This document shows, piece by piece, positions 37,298-46,968 of a stretch of DNA of 64,000 bases (the stretch's first letter is position 1; every line of letters begins with the position of its first letter). The DNA comes from Acidobacteriota bacterium. Its GTDB lineage: Bacteria; Acidobacteriota; Terriglobia; Bryobacterales; Bryobacteraceae. The notes under the pieces were generated by a model. The model was given only the letters and a program-made list of their open reading frames with translations, searched no databases and had not been told where the DNA came from. Location: contig JAFDVS010000032.1 of the NCBI GenBank assembly GCA_018268935.1, positions 17,987 through 81,986 of the forward strand, written 5' to 3'. A program made the position numbers and the translations under genes.

Positions 37298-37964
37298 GGC
37301 GATTGATTGGTTTCCCCTGTGGCTCAGCCTGAAAGTGGCGGCGCTGTCCACTGTCATCGCTGTCGCGCTCGGACTTTGGATCGCCTACGCGCTTGCCTAC
37401 CGCGCCTTCCGCGGTAAGGAACTTGCCGACGCGCTGGTCTCGCTGCCGCTCGTTCTTCCTCCCACCGTGCTTGGCTATTACCTGCTCGTGCTGCTTGGCC
37501 GTACCAGCCCGATCGGAAAACTCTACGAAGCCATCACTGGCGGGCCGCTCGTGTTCACCTGGCAAGCCGCGGTCATCGCCGCGCTGTTCCACTCGCTGCC
37601 GCTTCTCATTAAATCCACCCGCGCCGCGCTCGAAAGCGTGGAACCCGGCTACGCCCGCGCTGCACGCAGCCTCGGCGCATCCGAGTGGCGCATCTTCTCC
37701 CGCGTCACGCTTCCGCTCGTCCGCCGCCCCATTCTCGCAGCCGCCGCCATCGCCTTCGCCCGCTCCCTCGGCGATTTCGGAGTCACCATCATGATTGCCG
37801 GGAACATCCCCGGCCGTACGCAAACCATCGCCGTCGCCATCTACGATGCCGTCGAAGCAGGCAATGGCGAAGTCGCCCGCACCATGGTGCTGGTCATCTC
37901 CGCTGTAGCGCTACTCATCCTCTGGGCCGCCAATCGCCTCTCCCCGCACCAGGTGCAGCCATGA
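37296..37964 (+). CDS. modB: Molybdate ABC transporter permease
   Basis: 222 aa, five TM segments, EAA loop ARSLGASEWRIFSRVTLPL, typical ModB length and N-terminus (WFPLWLSLKVA). Confidence 0.85.
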   Translation: MAIDWFPLWLSLKVAALSTVIAVALGLWIAYALAYRAFRGKELADALVSLPLVLPPTVLGYYLLVLLGRTSPIGKLYEAITGGPLVFTWQAAVIAALFHSLPLLIKSTRAALESVEPGYARAARSLGASEWRIFSRVTLPLVRRPILAAAAIAFARSLGDFGVTIMIAGNIPGRTQTIAVAIYDAVEAGNGEVARTMVLVISAVALLILWAANRLSPHQVQP

Positions 37965-39031
37965 TTCTGGCTCGCCTTAAGAAGCGATTTCCTGCAGGCC
38001 TCAACTCCGCGGAGTTCCTGCTCGATGTCGAGATCAAAACCAGTGACATGGTCACCGTTCTGTTCGGACCGAGCGGGGCAGGCAAGACGCTCACCCTCGA
38101 TGCCATCGCCGGCTTCGTCCGCCCCGACGAAGGCCGCATCATGCTTGACGACGATCTGCTCTTCGATGGCGCCACCGGTGTGCATCTGGTTCCGCAAGCC
38201 CGCCGCTGCGGGTACGTTTTTCAGAACTACGCGCTCTTCCCGCACATGACGCTACGCGAGAACCTAGAGTTCGCCGCCGAATTCCGCCCCAAGCTGGAGC
38301 GTCATCGCAAGGTCAACGAAGTCCTCGAAATGTTTCGCCTCACCGACCTCAGCGGACGCAGACCGAAGGAACTGTCCGGGGGCCAGAAACAACGCTGTTC
38401 CATCGCCCGTGCACTACTTGCCGAGCCGCGCGTTCTTCTCCTCGATGAGCCCGCTCAAGGCCTCGACCCTATGCTGCGAGCCGAACTCTACGACGTCCTT
38501 CGCAACGTGCGCGCCTCGTTCGATACGCCGATTCTCATGGTCACCCACGACCTGGAAGAGTGCTTCGCCCTCGGCGACCGAATGTTCATCCTTACCGATG
38601 GCCGTGTCGTGCAGCAAGGCACACCATCGGAAATCTTCGATCGGCCCGCGAGTCTCGATGTTGCCTGCCGCCTCGGCATTTACAACACGCTACAGGCCGA
38701 GGTGCTCACGCTCGACCCCGGCCGCAACACCAGCACGCTACGCCTGGAAGCTTGCGAACTGCAAGGCCCGTACCTCCCCGGCAAATTCAAAGGCGATCGC
38801 GTCTGGCTCTGTGTCCGCCCTGAAGAGATCCGCGCTTTCCCTCGCAACGGCAAGCCCGGCTTCAATCAGCTTCCCGTCACGCTCGAACGCGCCACTCCAC
38901 GCCCCGGCGCCATGCGCCTTCACTTCCAGGGGCAACTATTGGCCGACGTCGCCCGCTTTGAGTACGATGGGAACAAGCATGTGAAGGAGTGGATGCTGGA
39001 ATTTCCTTCCACCACGTTGCGTGTGCTGTAG
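37961..39031 (+). CDS. modC: Molybdate-type ABC ATP-binding protein with C-terminal TOBE-like domain
   Basis: ATG 37961 (MILARLKKRF) has an ATGA overlap with modB. GPSGAGKT, LSGGQKQR and LLLDEP motifs. About 120-aa C-terminal beta domain. Confidence 0.8.
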   Translation: MILARLKKRFPAGLNSAEFLLDVEIKTSDMVTVLFGPSGAGKTLTLDAIAGFVRPDEGRIMLDDDLLFDGATGVHLVPQARRCGYVFQNYALFPHMTLRENLEFAAEFRPKLERHRKVNEVLEMFRLTDLSGRRPKELSGGQKQRCSIARALLAEPRVLLLDEPAQGLDPMLRAELYDVLRNVRASFDTPILMVTHDLEECFALGDRMFILTDGRVVQQGTPSEIFDRPASLDVACRLGIYNTLQAEVLTLDPGRNTSTLRLEACELQGPYLPGKFKGDRVWLCVRPEEIRAFPRNGKPGFNQLPVTLERATPRPGAMRLHFQGQLLADVARFEYDGNKHVKEWMLEFPSTTLRVL

Positions 39032-39034
39032 ATC

Positions 39035-39616
39035 ATGAAGTCTTTCGACGAATACGTAGAACTCGCCAACCAGGCTCACGGCCACATCTGTGCCGGACAG
39101 ATCCTCGGCCTCCGCCTCGCCATCCACGGCTGCTCACTCCTGGGCATCGAAGACCCAACGGGCAAGGATAGAAAACGCCTCGTCACCTTTGTCGAAATCG
39201 ATCGCTGTGCTACCGACGCCATCACGGTCGTCACCGGTTGCCGCATGGGCAAGCGCGCTCTCAAATTCCGCGACTACGGCAAAGTCGCCGCCACCTTCTG
39301 CGATCTCTCCACCGGCCGCTCCGTGCGCGTTGTCGCCAAGGAGTCTTCCAAACAAAAAGCCCGTGAAATGTATCCGGAGATCGACAACAAAAACCAGCAG
39401 CAGATGAAGGCCTACCGCGAACTCCCCGAATCCGAACTGTTCGATCACCAGTGGGTCAAGGTCACCGTCGAACCGCACGATCTGCCCGGATTCAAAGGCC
39501 CGCGCGTCACCTGCACCCAGTGCGGCGAAGGCATCAACTTCCAGCGGGAAGTGCTTCGCAATGGCCAGCCGTTCTGCCGGGCCTGTGCCGGCGATAGCTA
39601 TTATCAGCCGCTGTGA
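39035..39616 (+). CDS. FmdE-family protein with C-terminal zinc ribbon
   Basis: HGHICAGQILGLRLA and EIDRCATDAITVVTGC (FmdE N-domain). C-terminal CTQCGE...CRAC. Confidence 0.8.
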   Translation: MKSFDEYVELANQAHGHICAGQILGLRLAIHGCSLLGIEDPTGKDRKRLVTFVEIDRCATDAITVVTGCRMGKRALKFRDYGKVAATFCDLSTGRSVRVVAKESSKQKAREMYPEIDNKNQQQMKAYRELPESELFDHQWVKVTVEPHDLPGFKGPRVTCTQCGEGINFQREVLRNGQPFCRACAGDSYYQPL

Positions 39617-40170
39617 TCCGCTACTCCATCACGGACCGCAAGCAACTCGGCGGCATCGAGCCCTTGCTTCAATCCATCGCCCGCAACATCGCCGAAGGCG
39701 TGGAGTATATCCAGATCCGCGAAAAGGATCTTCCCGTGCGTGAGCTCACCGCCCTGGTCCGCAAAGCCATTGCCATCCGCGCCAATCAGCCGACGCGCAT
39801 CCTCGTCAACACCAGGGCCGACATCGCCATCGCCTGCGGCGCCGATGGCGTGCATCTTCCTTCCGATTCACCCATCCTCAACTACCGCATCCCCGGCTTC
39901 CTCACTGCCGTCTCCTGTCACACGATCGCGGATCTCATCGAAGCCGAGCAGGCTCACGCTTCCTTTGCTGTCTTTGGACCCGTATTCGCACCGCTCTCGA
40001 AGTCGCACACCGGCCCCACCACCGGACTCGCGCAACTGCGCGAAGCCACGAAAGCAGTCCGCATTCCCGTCTTCGCCCTTGGCGGCATCACGCACCAAAA
40101 CGCACCAAGCTGCATCGAAGCAGGCGCGGCAGGCATCGCCGCCATCACCCTCTTCCAATCAAGCCAATAA
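39613..40170 (+). CDS. Thiamine-phosphate synthase family protein (ThiE-like)
   Basis: 185 aa. YIQIREKDL, GADGVHL and FALGGI motifs of the TMP-synthase TIM barrel. 4-nt overlap with fmdE. Confidence 0.7.
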   Translation: MIRYSITDRKQLGGIEPLLQSIARNIAEGVEYIQIREKDLPVRELTALVRKAIAIRANQPTRILVNTRADIAIACGADGVHLPSDSPILNYRIPGFLTAVSCHTIADLIEAEQAHASFAVFGPVFAPLSKSHTGPTTGLAQLREATKAVRIPVFALGGITHQNAPSCIEAGAAGIAAITLFQSSQ

Positions 40171-41235
40171 CGGATGCTCCCGCTTCGACAGCGGCAGTTT
40201 CACCCGTCCGCCGGTCCGCTGCGACGCATAGATCCCATGCGCCATCTCAATTGCCCATCGCGCAGCCCGCGCCGATGCCTGCGGCTCCCGCTTCTGCTCT
40301 ACCGCGTCCAGCAAATCGTCGATCATCAGGTGATTCGCCTCCGGCTCGCTCTTCGGCCGCAAATCCAGAACCTCCTTCATGCGTGTCCACTGCGGATTCT
40401 GATCCGGCCGCTGCGACGAAATCCAGATCTCCGGCACATGCCCGGCGCGGATGCGCAGCATGCCCGTTGTCCCAATCAGATCAACCCCCCATCGCTGCCC
40501 CGCCGTATCGCTCGATTTCTTCGAAGCAAAGTACCCCAGCACATTCTTCGTAAATCCGAACGTTCCGCTGATGTCATCGCCCGCAATCGATCCCAGTCCC
40601 TCCGGCGCTTTCTGATTCACATCGGCCCGCGTAATCTCGCGGCCGCCCACCGCCACGCGTCCAAACGCCCATAGCGGATCTCCGCCAAACCGCCGCATGA
40701 TGTCGAACAGATGCGTCCCCAGCACCATCATGTCTTCGCCGCCGGCGCGCTTGTCTTCCTTCCCCCTCGCCCGCAGTTCCAGCAAATCCCCAATCAATCC
40801 TTCAGCCACCCGTTTCTCCACATGATCCAGAATCGGGCACATTCGCATGTTGTGCGCCACTACCATCCGCACGTGGGACCGGTCGCAGGCGTCGATCATC
40901 CGATCGCACTCGGCCAGTGTCTGCCCCATCGGTTTCTCCATGAACATCGAAGCCCCGGTCTCCGCCACCGCCTTCACCATCTCCTCGTGGCAATCCACCC
41001 AGCGCATGGCGATCGTCACCATCTCCGGCTTCTCTTTGCGCAGCATCTCCCGCCAATCGGAGTACATCGCGCGCACGCCGAGCCGCTCCCCGGCTTTCTT
41101 CAAACCCTCCGGGTTGTCATCGGCCACGGCTATCAGTTCCACCCGCGGATGCGTCTTCGTCGCCATGTCCAGGTTATGCCCGTAATTGCCCCGCCCCGTG
41201 CGTCCAATCACCGCCGCCCGAAATCGTTTTGCCAT
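40159..41235 (-). CDS. Gfo/Idh/MocA-family oxidoreductase
   Basis: Start taken at MAKRFRAAVIGRTGRGNYGH (Rossmann motif). FMEKPM motif. Confidence 0.8.
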   Translation of the reverse strand: MAKRFRAAVIGRTGRGNYGHNLDMATKTHPRVELIAVADDNPEGLKKAGERLGVRAMYSDWREMLRKEKPEMVTIAMRWVDCHEEMVKAVAETGASMFMEKPMGQTLAECDRMIDACDRSHVRMVVAHNMRMCPILDHVEKRVAEGLIGDLLELRARGKEDKRAGGEDMMVLGTHLFDIMRRFGGDPLWAFGRVAVGGREITRADVNQKAPEGLGSIAGDDISGTFGFTKNVLGYFASKKSSDTAGQRWGVDLIGTTGMLRIRAGHVPEIWISSQRPDQNPQWTRMKEVLDLRPKSEPEANHLMIDDLLDAVEQKREPQASARAARWAIEMAHGIYASQRTGGRVKLPLSKREHPLLA

Positions 41236-41266
41236 AAACCGCCATTGTTTCATAGCATGAAAAGAC

Positions 41267-42475
41267 ATGCCCAATCCTGGTCTGCTCTCCCGCATGCTCT
41301 CCGCCGAAACCGGACTTGGAGAACTGCTCGAACGAATCAAAACGGAAGAACCCCGCCTCCACGCCTGGACAGAGATCCGCCTTGAGGAAGATCACCAAAC
41401 GCCCGGCCCATTGAAAGGGATTCCTTACGGCGCGAAAGACATCGTCGAAACCAAGGGCTACACCACCAGCTACGGTTCTTCCATTTATGCAGGCAACGTC
41501 AGCACCGAAGACGCGGTACTCATCCAACTGCTCCGCGGCAAAGGCGCCCGGCTCATGGGCAAAACGCAAACTACCTCTTTCGCCTACTTCGATCCAGCTC
41601 CCACGCGTAACCCGCACGACCCCGCGTATACTCCCGGCGGCAGTTCCAGCGGTTCCGCCGCCGCCGTCGCCAAAGGCATGGTCCCGTTCGCCATCGGCAC
41701 GCAAACGCAGGGCTCCATCATTCGGCCCGCTTCCTACTGTGGCGTGACCGGCTTCAAACCCACCTTCGGCACGCTGCCTGTCGAGGGCATCATGCCCTTC
41801 GCGCCCACCCTCGATACCCCTGGCTTCTTCACCCAGAACGCCATGGACATGCGCCTCCTCTGGGGAGCGCTCGGCTTTCCCGTCGAGGCCGGGCTGCCGG
41901 AAACCTACGGCATGATTGAGTTCGAAGTAGAGCCCGAAATGCAGGAGATGTTCCGCCACGCCATCCAGATCCTCGGACAGTTGGGATGCGTCATCAAACG
42001 TTTCCCGCCGCCTCCCGCCTGGAACGCCGCCCTCCAGGCAGTGCCGCTCATCCAAACCTATGAAGGCGCCCGCAGCATGCAGTCCCGCTACGAACAGCAC
42101 GGCAACGCCATCGGCGCCAAACTGGCTCAACTCGTCCGTGACGGCCTCGCCATGGCCGAATCCGAGTACCAGGCGGCAATCTCATCCCTCAACGAGGCAA
42201 AACAGCAGATGGCCGAATTGTTTCAAACATTTCCCGTCATGCTCTCCGCTGCCGCCCCCGGCCCTCCACCCAAAGGACTCGCCTCCACCGGCAGCCCTCG
42301 CTGCAACGCTGTCTGGACCGGCCTCCACACTCCAGCCATCTCCATTCCCATCCCTGTCGGAGAGCAACTCCCCATGGGCCTGCAGATGTCCGCCGCTCCC
42401 GGTAACGACGCCCAACTCATTGCCGCCGCCGTGCACTGCTACGCGCTGCTGCACTCGCAAGGAGAAACGAAATGA
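41267..42475 (+). CDS. Amidase-signature enzyme
   Basis: GGSSSGSAAAVA amidase-signature Ser-Ser-Lys region and KD..ETKG motif. Confidence 0.85.
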   Translation: MPNPGLLSRMLSAETGLGELLERIKTEEPRLHAWTEIRLEEDHQTPGPLKGIPYGAKDIVETKGYTTSYGSSIYAGNVSTEDAVLIQLLRGKGARLMGKTQTTSFAYFDPAPTRNPHDPAYTPGGSSSGSAAAVAKGMVPFAIGTQTQGSIIRPASYCGVTGFKPTFGTLPVEGIMPFAPTLDTPGFFTQNAMDMRLLWGALGFPVEAGLPETYGMIEFEVEPEMQEMFRHAIQILGQLGCVIKRFPPPPAWNAALQAVPLIQTYEGARSMQSRYEQHGNAIGAKLAQLVRDGLAMAESEYQAAISSLNEAKQQMAELFQTFPVMLSAAAPGPPPKGLASTGSPRCNAVWTGLHTPAISIPIPVGEQLPMGLQMSAAPGNDAQLIAAAVHCYALLHSQGETK

Positions 42476-42795
42476 TCCTCCACAACCCCGCCGCGCGCGC
42501 CCAATTCTCCGCCGAAAAGATGGGGAAAGTAACCCTCGGCGCAGGCCAACATCTCTATGCCGGACTCAACTGCTTTGAACCCGGCCAGGAACACCACGCC
42601 CACGTTCACGCCGATCAGGACAAACTCTACGTCGTGCTCGATGGCACGGGCGAAGCCACCGTCGGTGAAGAAACGGCCACTGTGCAAAGCGGCGACGTCA
42701 TCCTCGCCCCGGCCGGTGTGCTCCACTCCATGCGCAACCCCGGCCCGGCGCGCCTCACCGTAATGATCGTCTTCGCCCCGCCGCCAAAAAAATGA
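42472..42795 (+). CDS. Cupin-domain protein
   Basis: 107 aa. GQEHHAHVHADQDKLYVVLDG ... GDVILAPAGVLHSMRN, the two cupin motifs. Confidence 0.8.
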   Translation: MILHNPAARAQFSAEKMGKVTLGAGQHLYAGLNCFEPGQEHHAHVHADQDKLYVVLDGTGEATVGEETATVQSGDVILAPAGVLHSMRNPGPARLTVMIVFAPPPKK

Positions 42796-42835
42796 GCCGG
42801 CACTCTGTGAAGAGTCCCGGCTCTGGAGTTTTTGG
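42786..42835. terminator. Bidirectional intrinsic terminator between convergent operons
   Basis: 12-position stem with 11 pairs and 1 mismatch (42795..42806 / 42811..42822) and a GTGA tetraloop. Flanked by A7 (42786..42792, which is T7 on the minus strand, 2 nt after the stem) and by T5 (42829..42833) on the plus strand. Confidence 0.6.
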
Positions 42836-42858
42836 TTTGGTTGGGTGAGAAACTTGTT

Positions 42859-44511
42859 CTAGCGAATCTTCTCGGCCAGGTGCGGCTCAATTTCCACGGC
42901 TTGCCGCCACACCTTGCGCGCTTCCTGTTCTTCGCCGATCGCTCGCAGCGCGTGGCCCAGGTTCACCAGCGCTTCCGGGAACTTCTGCTTCTGGTTCAGC
43001 GCCTGACGGTAGATCTTCGATGCCTGTTCGTGTTCACCGGACTTTTGCCGCAGCAGCGCGATCTGATAGAGCAACTCCGGAATCGACTCCCCAAGTTGCC
43101 CCAGCTTCAACGCGGCCTCTTCGGCGCGCTTTAGATCGTTGGTTTCCAGGCCCAGGTAGGCCAGCGCCCGCAGCGCGTCGCGATTCTTCGCATCGGCGAT
43201 GGTTGCCATTTCGAAGGCCTGCGTCGCCGTATCCCTGTCGCCTTGCTGCCAGTAAGCGACGCCCAGGTTCACCAGCGCGTCCGTCCAATCGCTGCGCACC
43301 CGCGTGCACTGTTCGAAGGCCTCGGCGCTTGCTTTCCAGTTCCCGCGCATCGCGCGCAGATGGCCCAGGCGGAACCAGGCTTCGGCCGAATCCGGCGCCA
43401 CGCGAACCAGCCGCATGTAGACCTTCTCGGCTTCTACCAGGTCCTTGCGCTGCTCCAGGCCCGCTGCCAGCGCCCACAACGGGGCGGGCTGATCCGGCGA
43501 TGCCTGAATTGCCTTTTCATAGGCTTTCCTTGCCGGTTCCCAATCGCCCTTCTGCTCCAGACAGGAAGCCAGTGCCAGATGCACCGCCTTGTTGTCCGGA
43601 CGCATGTCAGCGGCCTTCTGAAATGCCTTCGCCGCCGCGTCATGACGGCCCAGCCGTTGCTGCGCCACGCCCAGGTTGAACCAGGCTTCCATCATCTCGG
43701 GCTCAATCTCCGCCAGTTCGCTGCAATGCCGCGATGCGGCTTCCCAGTCCTGGTTCGCCAGCGCCAGCGTTGCCAGCCCTTCCACCACCGGCCGCGATTT
43801 CGGACGAATCCGCTGCAGCCGCTCGCAATATTCCTTCAGGTTTGCAGGATCCTTCCGCGACACGCCGAGCGCGATGGCGTTCACCAGCACCTCTTCGGCA
43901 TTCGGATTCCGCTGCAGAATGCGCCGGTAGATATCCGCCGCCTGGTCATACTGCCACAAATGCTGCAACGATACGGCCTTGCCAAACAACGCCTGCGGGT
44001 TGTTCGCATCCCGGTTCAGGCATTGATCGAAGGTCTCCTGTGCCTGCTTCGGCTTCTTCAGATACAGCAGGCAGACGCCGAGCGCGAATCGCGGCTCGGG
44101 CCGGTTCGGATCGGCCTGCGCCGCCTTCTCGAACGCCATCGCCGCTTCTTTGTAGCGCTTCAGCTTCTCCCAGCACAGACCCTGGTTGAACGCCGCGGTT
44201 TTGTGCTGCGGATCTGCCGCCGCCGCCTTCCCGTAACTCGCCGCAGCCTCCTCGTACCGCTCCAACTCGTACTGGATGTGTCCCATCGCCGCATAGCACT
44301 CCGCCGCGTGTTTCGGGTTCGAGGCGCCGCGTGAGAGTTCAGCCAGCGCCTGCTCGGTGTTGCCCTGCAAATGCTGGTTGACCGCGTTGACGAATGCCTC
44401 GCAGGAGGACGCGCGCTTCTTGAACTGTGCGTCGTTCGGCTCCAGCTTCAACAAGGCTGGAATCAGTTCATCGTCCACCAGCCAGATCCATTGATCTTTG
44501 ATCTCAGGCAT
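42859..44511 (-). CDS. Tetratricopeptide-repeat protein
   Basis: 550 aa of consecutive 34-residue TPR units (A..Y.KA...P....A...LG..). Confidence 0.85.
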   Translation of the reverse strand: MPEIKDQWIWLVDDELIPALLKLEPNDAQFKKRASSCEAFVNAVNQHLQGNTEQALAELSRGASNPKHAAECYAAMGHIQYELERYEEAAASYGKAAAADPQHKTAAFNQGLCWEKLKRYKEAAMAFEKAAQADPNRPEPRFALGVCLLYLKKPKQAQETFDQCLNRDANNPQALFGKAVSLQHLWQYDQAADIYRRILQRNPNAEEVLVNAIALGVSRKDPANLKEYCERLQRIRPKSRPVVEGLATLALANQDWEAASRHCSELAEIEPEMMEAWFNLGVAQQRLGRHDAAAKAFQKAADMRPDNKAVHLALASCLEQKGDWEPARKAYEKAIQASPDQPAPLWALAAGLEQRKDLVEAEKVYMRLVRVAPDSAEAWFRLGHLRAMRGNWKASAEAFEQCTRVRSDWTDALVNLGVAYWQQGDRDTATQAFEMATIADAKNRDALRALAYLGLETNDLKRAEEAALKLGQLGESIPELLYQIALLRQKSGEHEQASKIYRQALNQKQKFPEALVNLGHALRAIGEEQEARKVWRQAVEIEPHLAEKIR

Positions 44512-44545
44512 ATCTCGGTTCTCTCCCTGTCATGCGTCCTTCGCT

Positions 44546-46756
44546 CTACTTGCTTACCTGCCGTTCGCGCAAATGCCAGAGCTGGATGGATCGGATTTGG
44601 CCGCGTTCCGCGCCTTCATTTGCTACGCCGAATCCGCCTGTCGCAATCTGCGTATCCGTCCATTCATCTACTTTCTGGTCATTCACCGTGACCACGAACT
44701 TCTTGCCCACCACGTCCGTGCGGACCTTGAAGATCATTCCGGCATTGGTCGGGAAGGGAAGCGCCAGATCGGTCGGTGCGCCATCCTTGCCGTCCGTTAC
44801 GCTAAACCGGCGAAGTTTCACCCGAACCCCATCCTGGAACAGTTTCAACGCCCAGTATGTTTTCGGATTGGCCGCGCGCACCGCCCAACCTGCCGCCTTG
44901 TATTCAATCTCTGCCTGGAATTCGATGCGGTAATCGGTGATCTGCATGGACGGCCGGTAGAAGGCCATCTGCCGCACTCGCTTGCCGGAAGCCTCGGTGG
45001 TGTAGTCCGTACTCCATCCGGCTTCGCCCATCACCATGCCCGCGGTTTCCATCACCGAAACCAACGCGGCAGGTTTGGCCGGCTCCTTCGAACTCGATCC
45101 GCCCATCGTAAACATGGCAACCGCTCCGCCAACGGCCAGCACGGCGACGGCGATTCCAGCCTTCACTCCCGTGCTCATCCCCGCCGGCGCCGGCGGCTCG
45201 GATGTGTCTGAACTCAGCCCAAGTCCGATGCTTCCCGTCTTCGGCGCTTCTATTGGAGCGTCCGCCATCCCTCCGAAACTGAAATGCACATCGGAGGCTT
45301 GCTCTTCCTTTGCCGCGGCGGGCGCGGGCGGTTCCGGCTTCCGCGCCGGTGGAGGCGCAGGTGGCGGCTCTTCTATCACTTTCCGGTTGGCCGCAATCTC
45401 CGCCTCGATCTCGTCGCCCAGATCGTCCGGCTCTTCGATGACCTCTTCCACCGGGCCGCGATTGCCGCCCTTTTGATGCCGCTTCTTCTTCCTTCCGGGG
45501 GCTGGCGCTTCCGCCTTTACTGGCGCCGGGGCCGCCTTCACTTCCACCTTGGCTTCCGGTTTCACTTCCGGCTTGGGCTCAGGTTTCGGCTCCGGTTTCA
45601 CTTCCGGAACCACCTCCACCCTCGCTTCCACCTTCACTTCCTGTACGGCCTCCACCACCGGTTTAGGCGGTGCGGGCGGTTCCGGAGATGGCCCTGCTAC
45701 CATCGCCTGCCGCATCGGCAGTACGGTCACCGATGGCATGTGCAACCGTGATCCGGTTGCCGCAATAGGATCGGCATAGGGCACATTGGGAGCGGCCGGG
45801 GGCTTTCTTAGCTCCGGCTTTGAGTAGGGCAGCGCAGCCGCCATTGGAGGCGGTATATACGGTGGTTCTTCCGCCACTGCCTCCAGAACGATGTCCGCAG
45901 CCTTAGGCGGAGCAGGCACGGCAGCAGGCGGTTCCGCCTTCTTCTCTTTCGCTTCCTTCGCTGCCTGCTTCGGCTTCTCCGGCGGCTCGTACAACTCCAG
46001 TACCGTGTGCAGCGCGGCCACATCATCCTGAGGAGGCGCCGTCACTACTTCCACTTCATCCCATCGAATCGGCTCCAGCGCCGCCGGACGCTTCGCCGCC
46101 GGGGCTTCCGCCTCGGCCAGCAGAGCTGCGACGTCCACGACTTTTCCGTCGGAAACGTCTTTCCCCGGCTTCCCCTTCGCCGGCTCTCCCGTGAAGTCGA
46201 ATCCCGATACTTCAAAGTGCAACCGGCAGATGTTCGCCCACTCCACGGCCGGAGCAAACTCCGTCGCCACCGTCTCTTCCCGCGGTTGCTCCAGTCCCTT
46301 CCATCGTTTCTCGGCAAGCTGCAATGCGCTTTGCCGCACGGTCGACAAGTACATGTTCGGCCGTCCTGTCTCCGTCGTTACCGGACGTGGCTTCTTCGTG
46401 CTGAGAGTGCCAGCCATTGAGTGGTCTCCAGTCTGCGATCTTAAACTAGGCTGTACATTTGTCATCGGCACTTCCGAGGGAAAACCTTTAGGGGTTGTAG
46501 GGGGAAATGCTTTAGATTCTTCTCGCACCTCCTTTCTCCGCTGTTTCCCGTCCAGTGTGTAGCCAAACTCCGGCAGCTTCGGCTCTGGCGGCCTCTTCAA
46601 TTGGTATTCCCCATAGCCTCGCCCTGCCCGGCCCGGCCCTGCCTGCCGCACCGCCGCCCCTATATATAGGAAGCCTTCTAACTTGTTCCCAACACAGCAC
46701 TCCATCCCCGCCGGGGTTCCCCCCAAGTGACTGGTCCCACAATAACTGCAGCGCAT
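44546..46756 (-). CDS. Large bitopic protein: Pro/Lys/Glu-rich cytoplasmic region, one TM, C-terminal ConA/DUF1080-like beta-sandwich
   Basis: TM at aa 531-551 (VKAGIAVAVLAVGGAVAMFTM). C-domain ends GGFGVANEGAERGQIRSIQLW. The N-terminal start is doubtful (see the palindrome finding). Confidence 0.6.
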   Translation of the reverse strand: MRCSYCGTSHLGGTPAGMECCVGNKLEGFLYIGAAVRQAGPGRAGRGYGEYQLKRPPEPKLPEFGYTLDGKQRRKEVREESKAFPPTTPKGFPSEVPMTNVQPSLRSQTGDHSMAGTLSTKKPRPVTTETGRPNMYLSTVRQSALQLAEKRWKGLEQPREETVATEFAPAVEWANICRLHFEVSGFDFTGEPAKGKPGKDVSDGKVVDVAALLAEAEAPAAKRPAALEPIRWDEVEVVTAPPQDDVAALHTVLELYEPPEKPKQAAKEAKEKKAEPPAAVPAPPKAADIVLEAVAEEPPYIPPPMAAALPYSKPELRKPPAAPNVPYADPIAATGSRLHMPSVTVLPMRQAMVAGPSPEPPAPPKPVVEAVQEVKVEARVEVVPEVKPEPKPEPKPEVKPEAKVEVKAAPAPVKAEAPAPGRKKKRHQKGGNRGPVEEVIEEPDDLGDEIEAEIAANRKVIEEPPPAPPPARKPEPPAPAAAKEEQASDVHFSFGGMADAPIEAPKTGSIGLGLSSDTSEPPAPAGMSTGVKAGIAVAVLAVGGAVAMFTMGGSSSKEPAKPAALVSVMETAGMVMGEAGWSTDYTTEASGKRVRQMAFYRPSMQITDYRIEFQAEIEYKAAGWAVRAANPKTYWALKLFQDGVRVKLRRFSVTDGKDGAPTDLALPFPTNAGMIFKVRTDVVGKKFVVTVNDQKVDEWTDTQIATGGFGVANEGAERGQIRSIQLWHLRERQVSK
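45506..45637 (-). repeat. Coding low-complexity tandem repeat (K/E-V/P-E/K-P units)
   Basis: Encodes VKVEARVEVVPEVKPEPKPEPKPEVKPEAKVEVKAAPAPVKAEA. Visible as reiterated ggcttcgg/ggtttcac units. Confidence 0.7.
46659..46670. promoter_or_regulatory. Perfect 12-nt palindrome CCTATATATAGG (AT-only core in a very GC-rich context)
   Basis: Lies in codons 29-33 of the maximal 736-aa ORF, next to the GC-rich run GCCCTGCCCGGCCCGGCCCTGCC. Candidate -10 element or operator. Confidence 0.3.
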
Positions 46757-46968
46757 GGTTCTCCGAGTTTGCTGGCATCCATATTAGTCGTGATGCCTGC
46801 AACTTACTAGTACTCAAATGCACCTAGTCCCGGTCACCCTCCGCTTCCCTATTCTTCCCGCTTGCCGCCACTTAGGACCCAATCCGGCAAATCCCTCGCC
46901 TCACGGTAAAGTTTTTCGCCCCGTGCGTCGATCAATTGCTACGCATACGTAATTTTCCGCGAGGCCTT

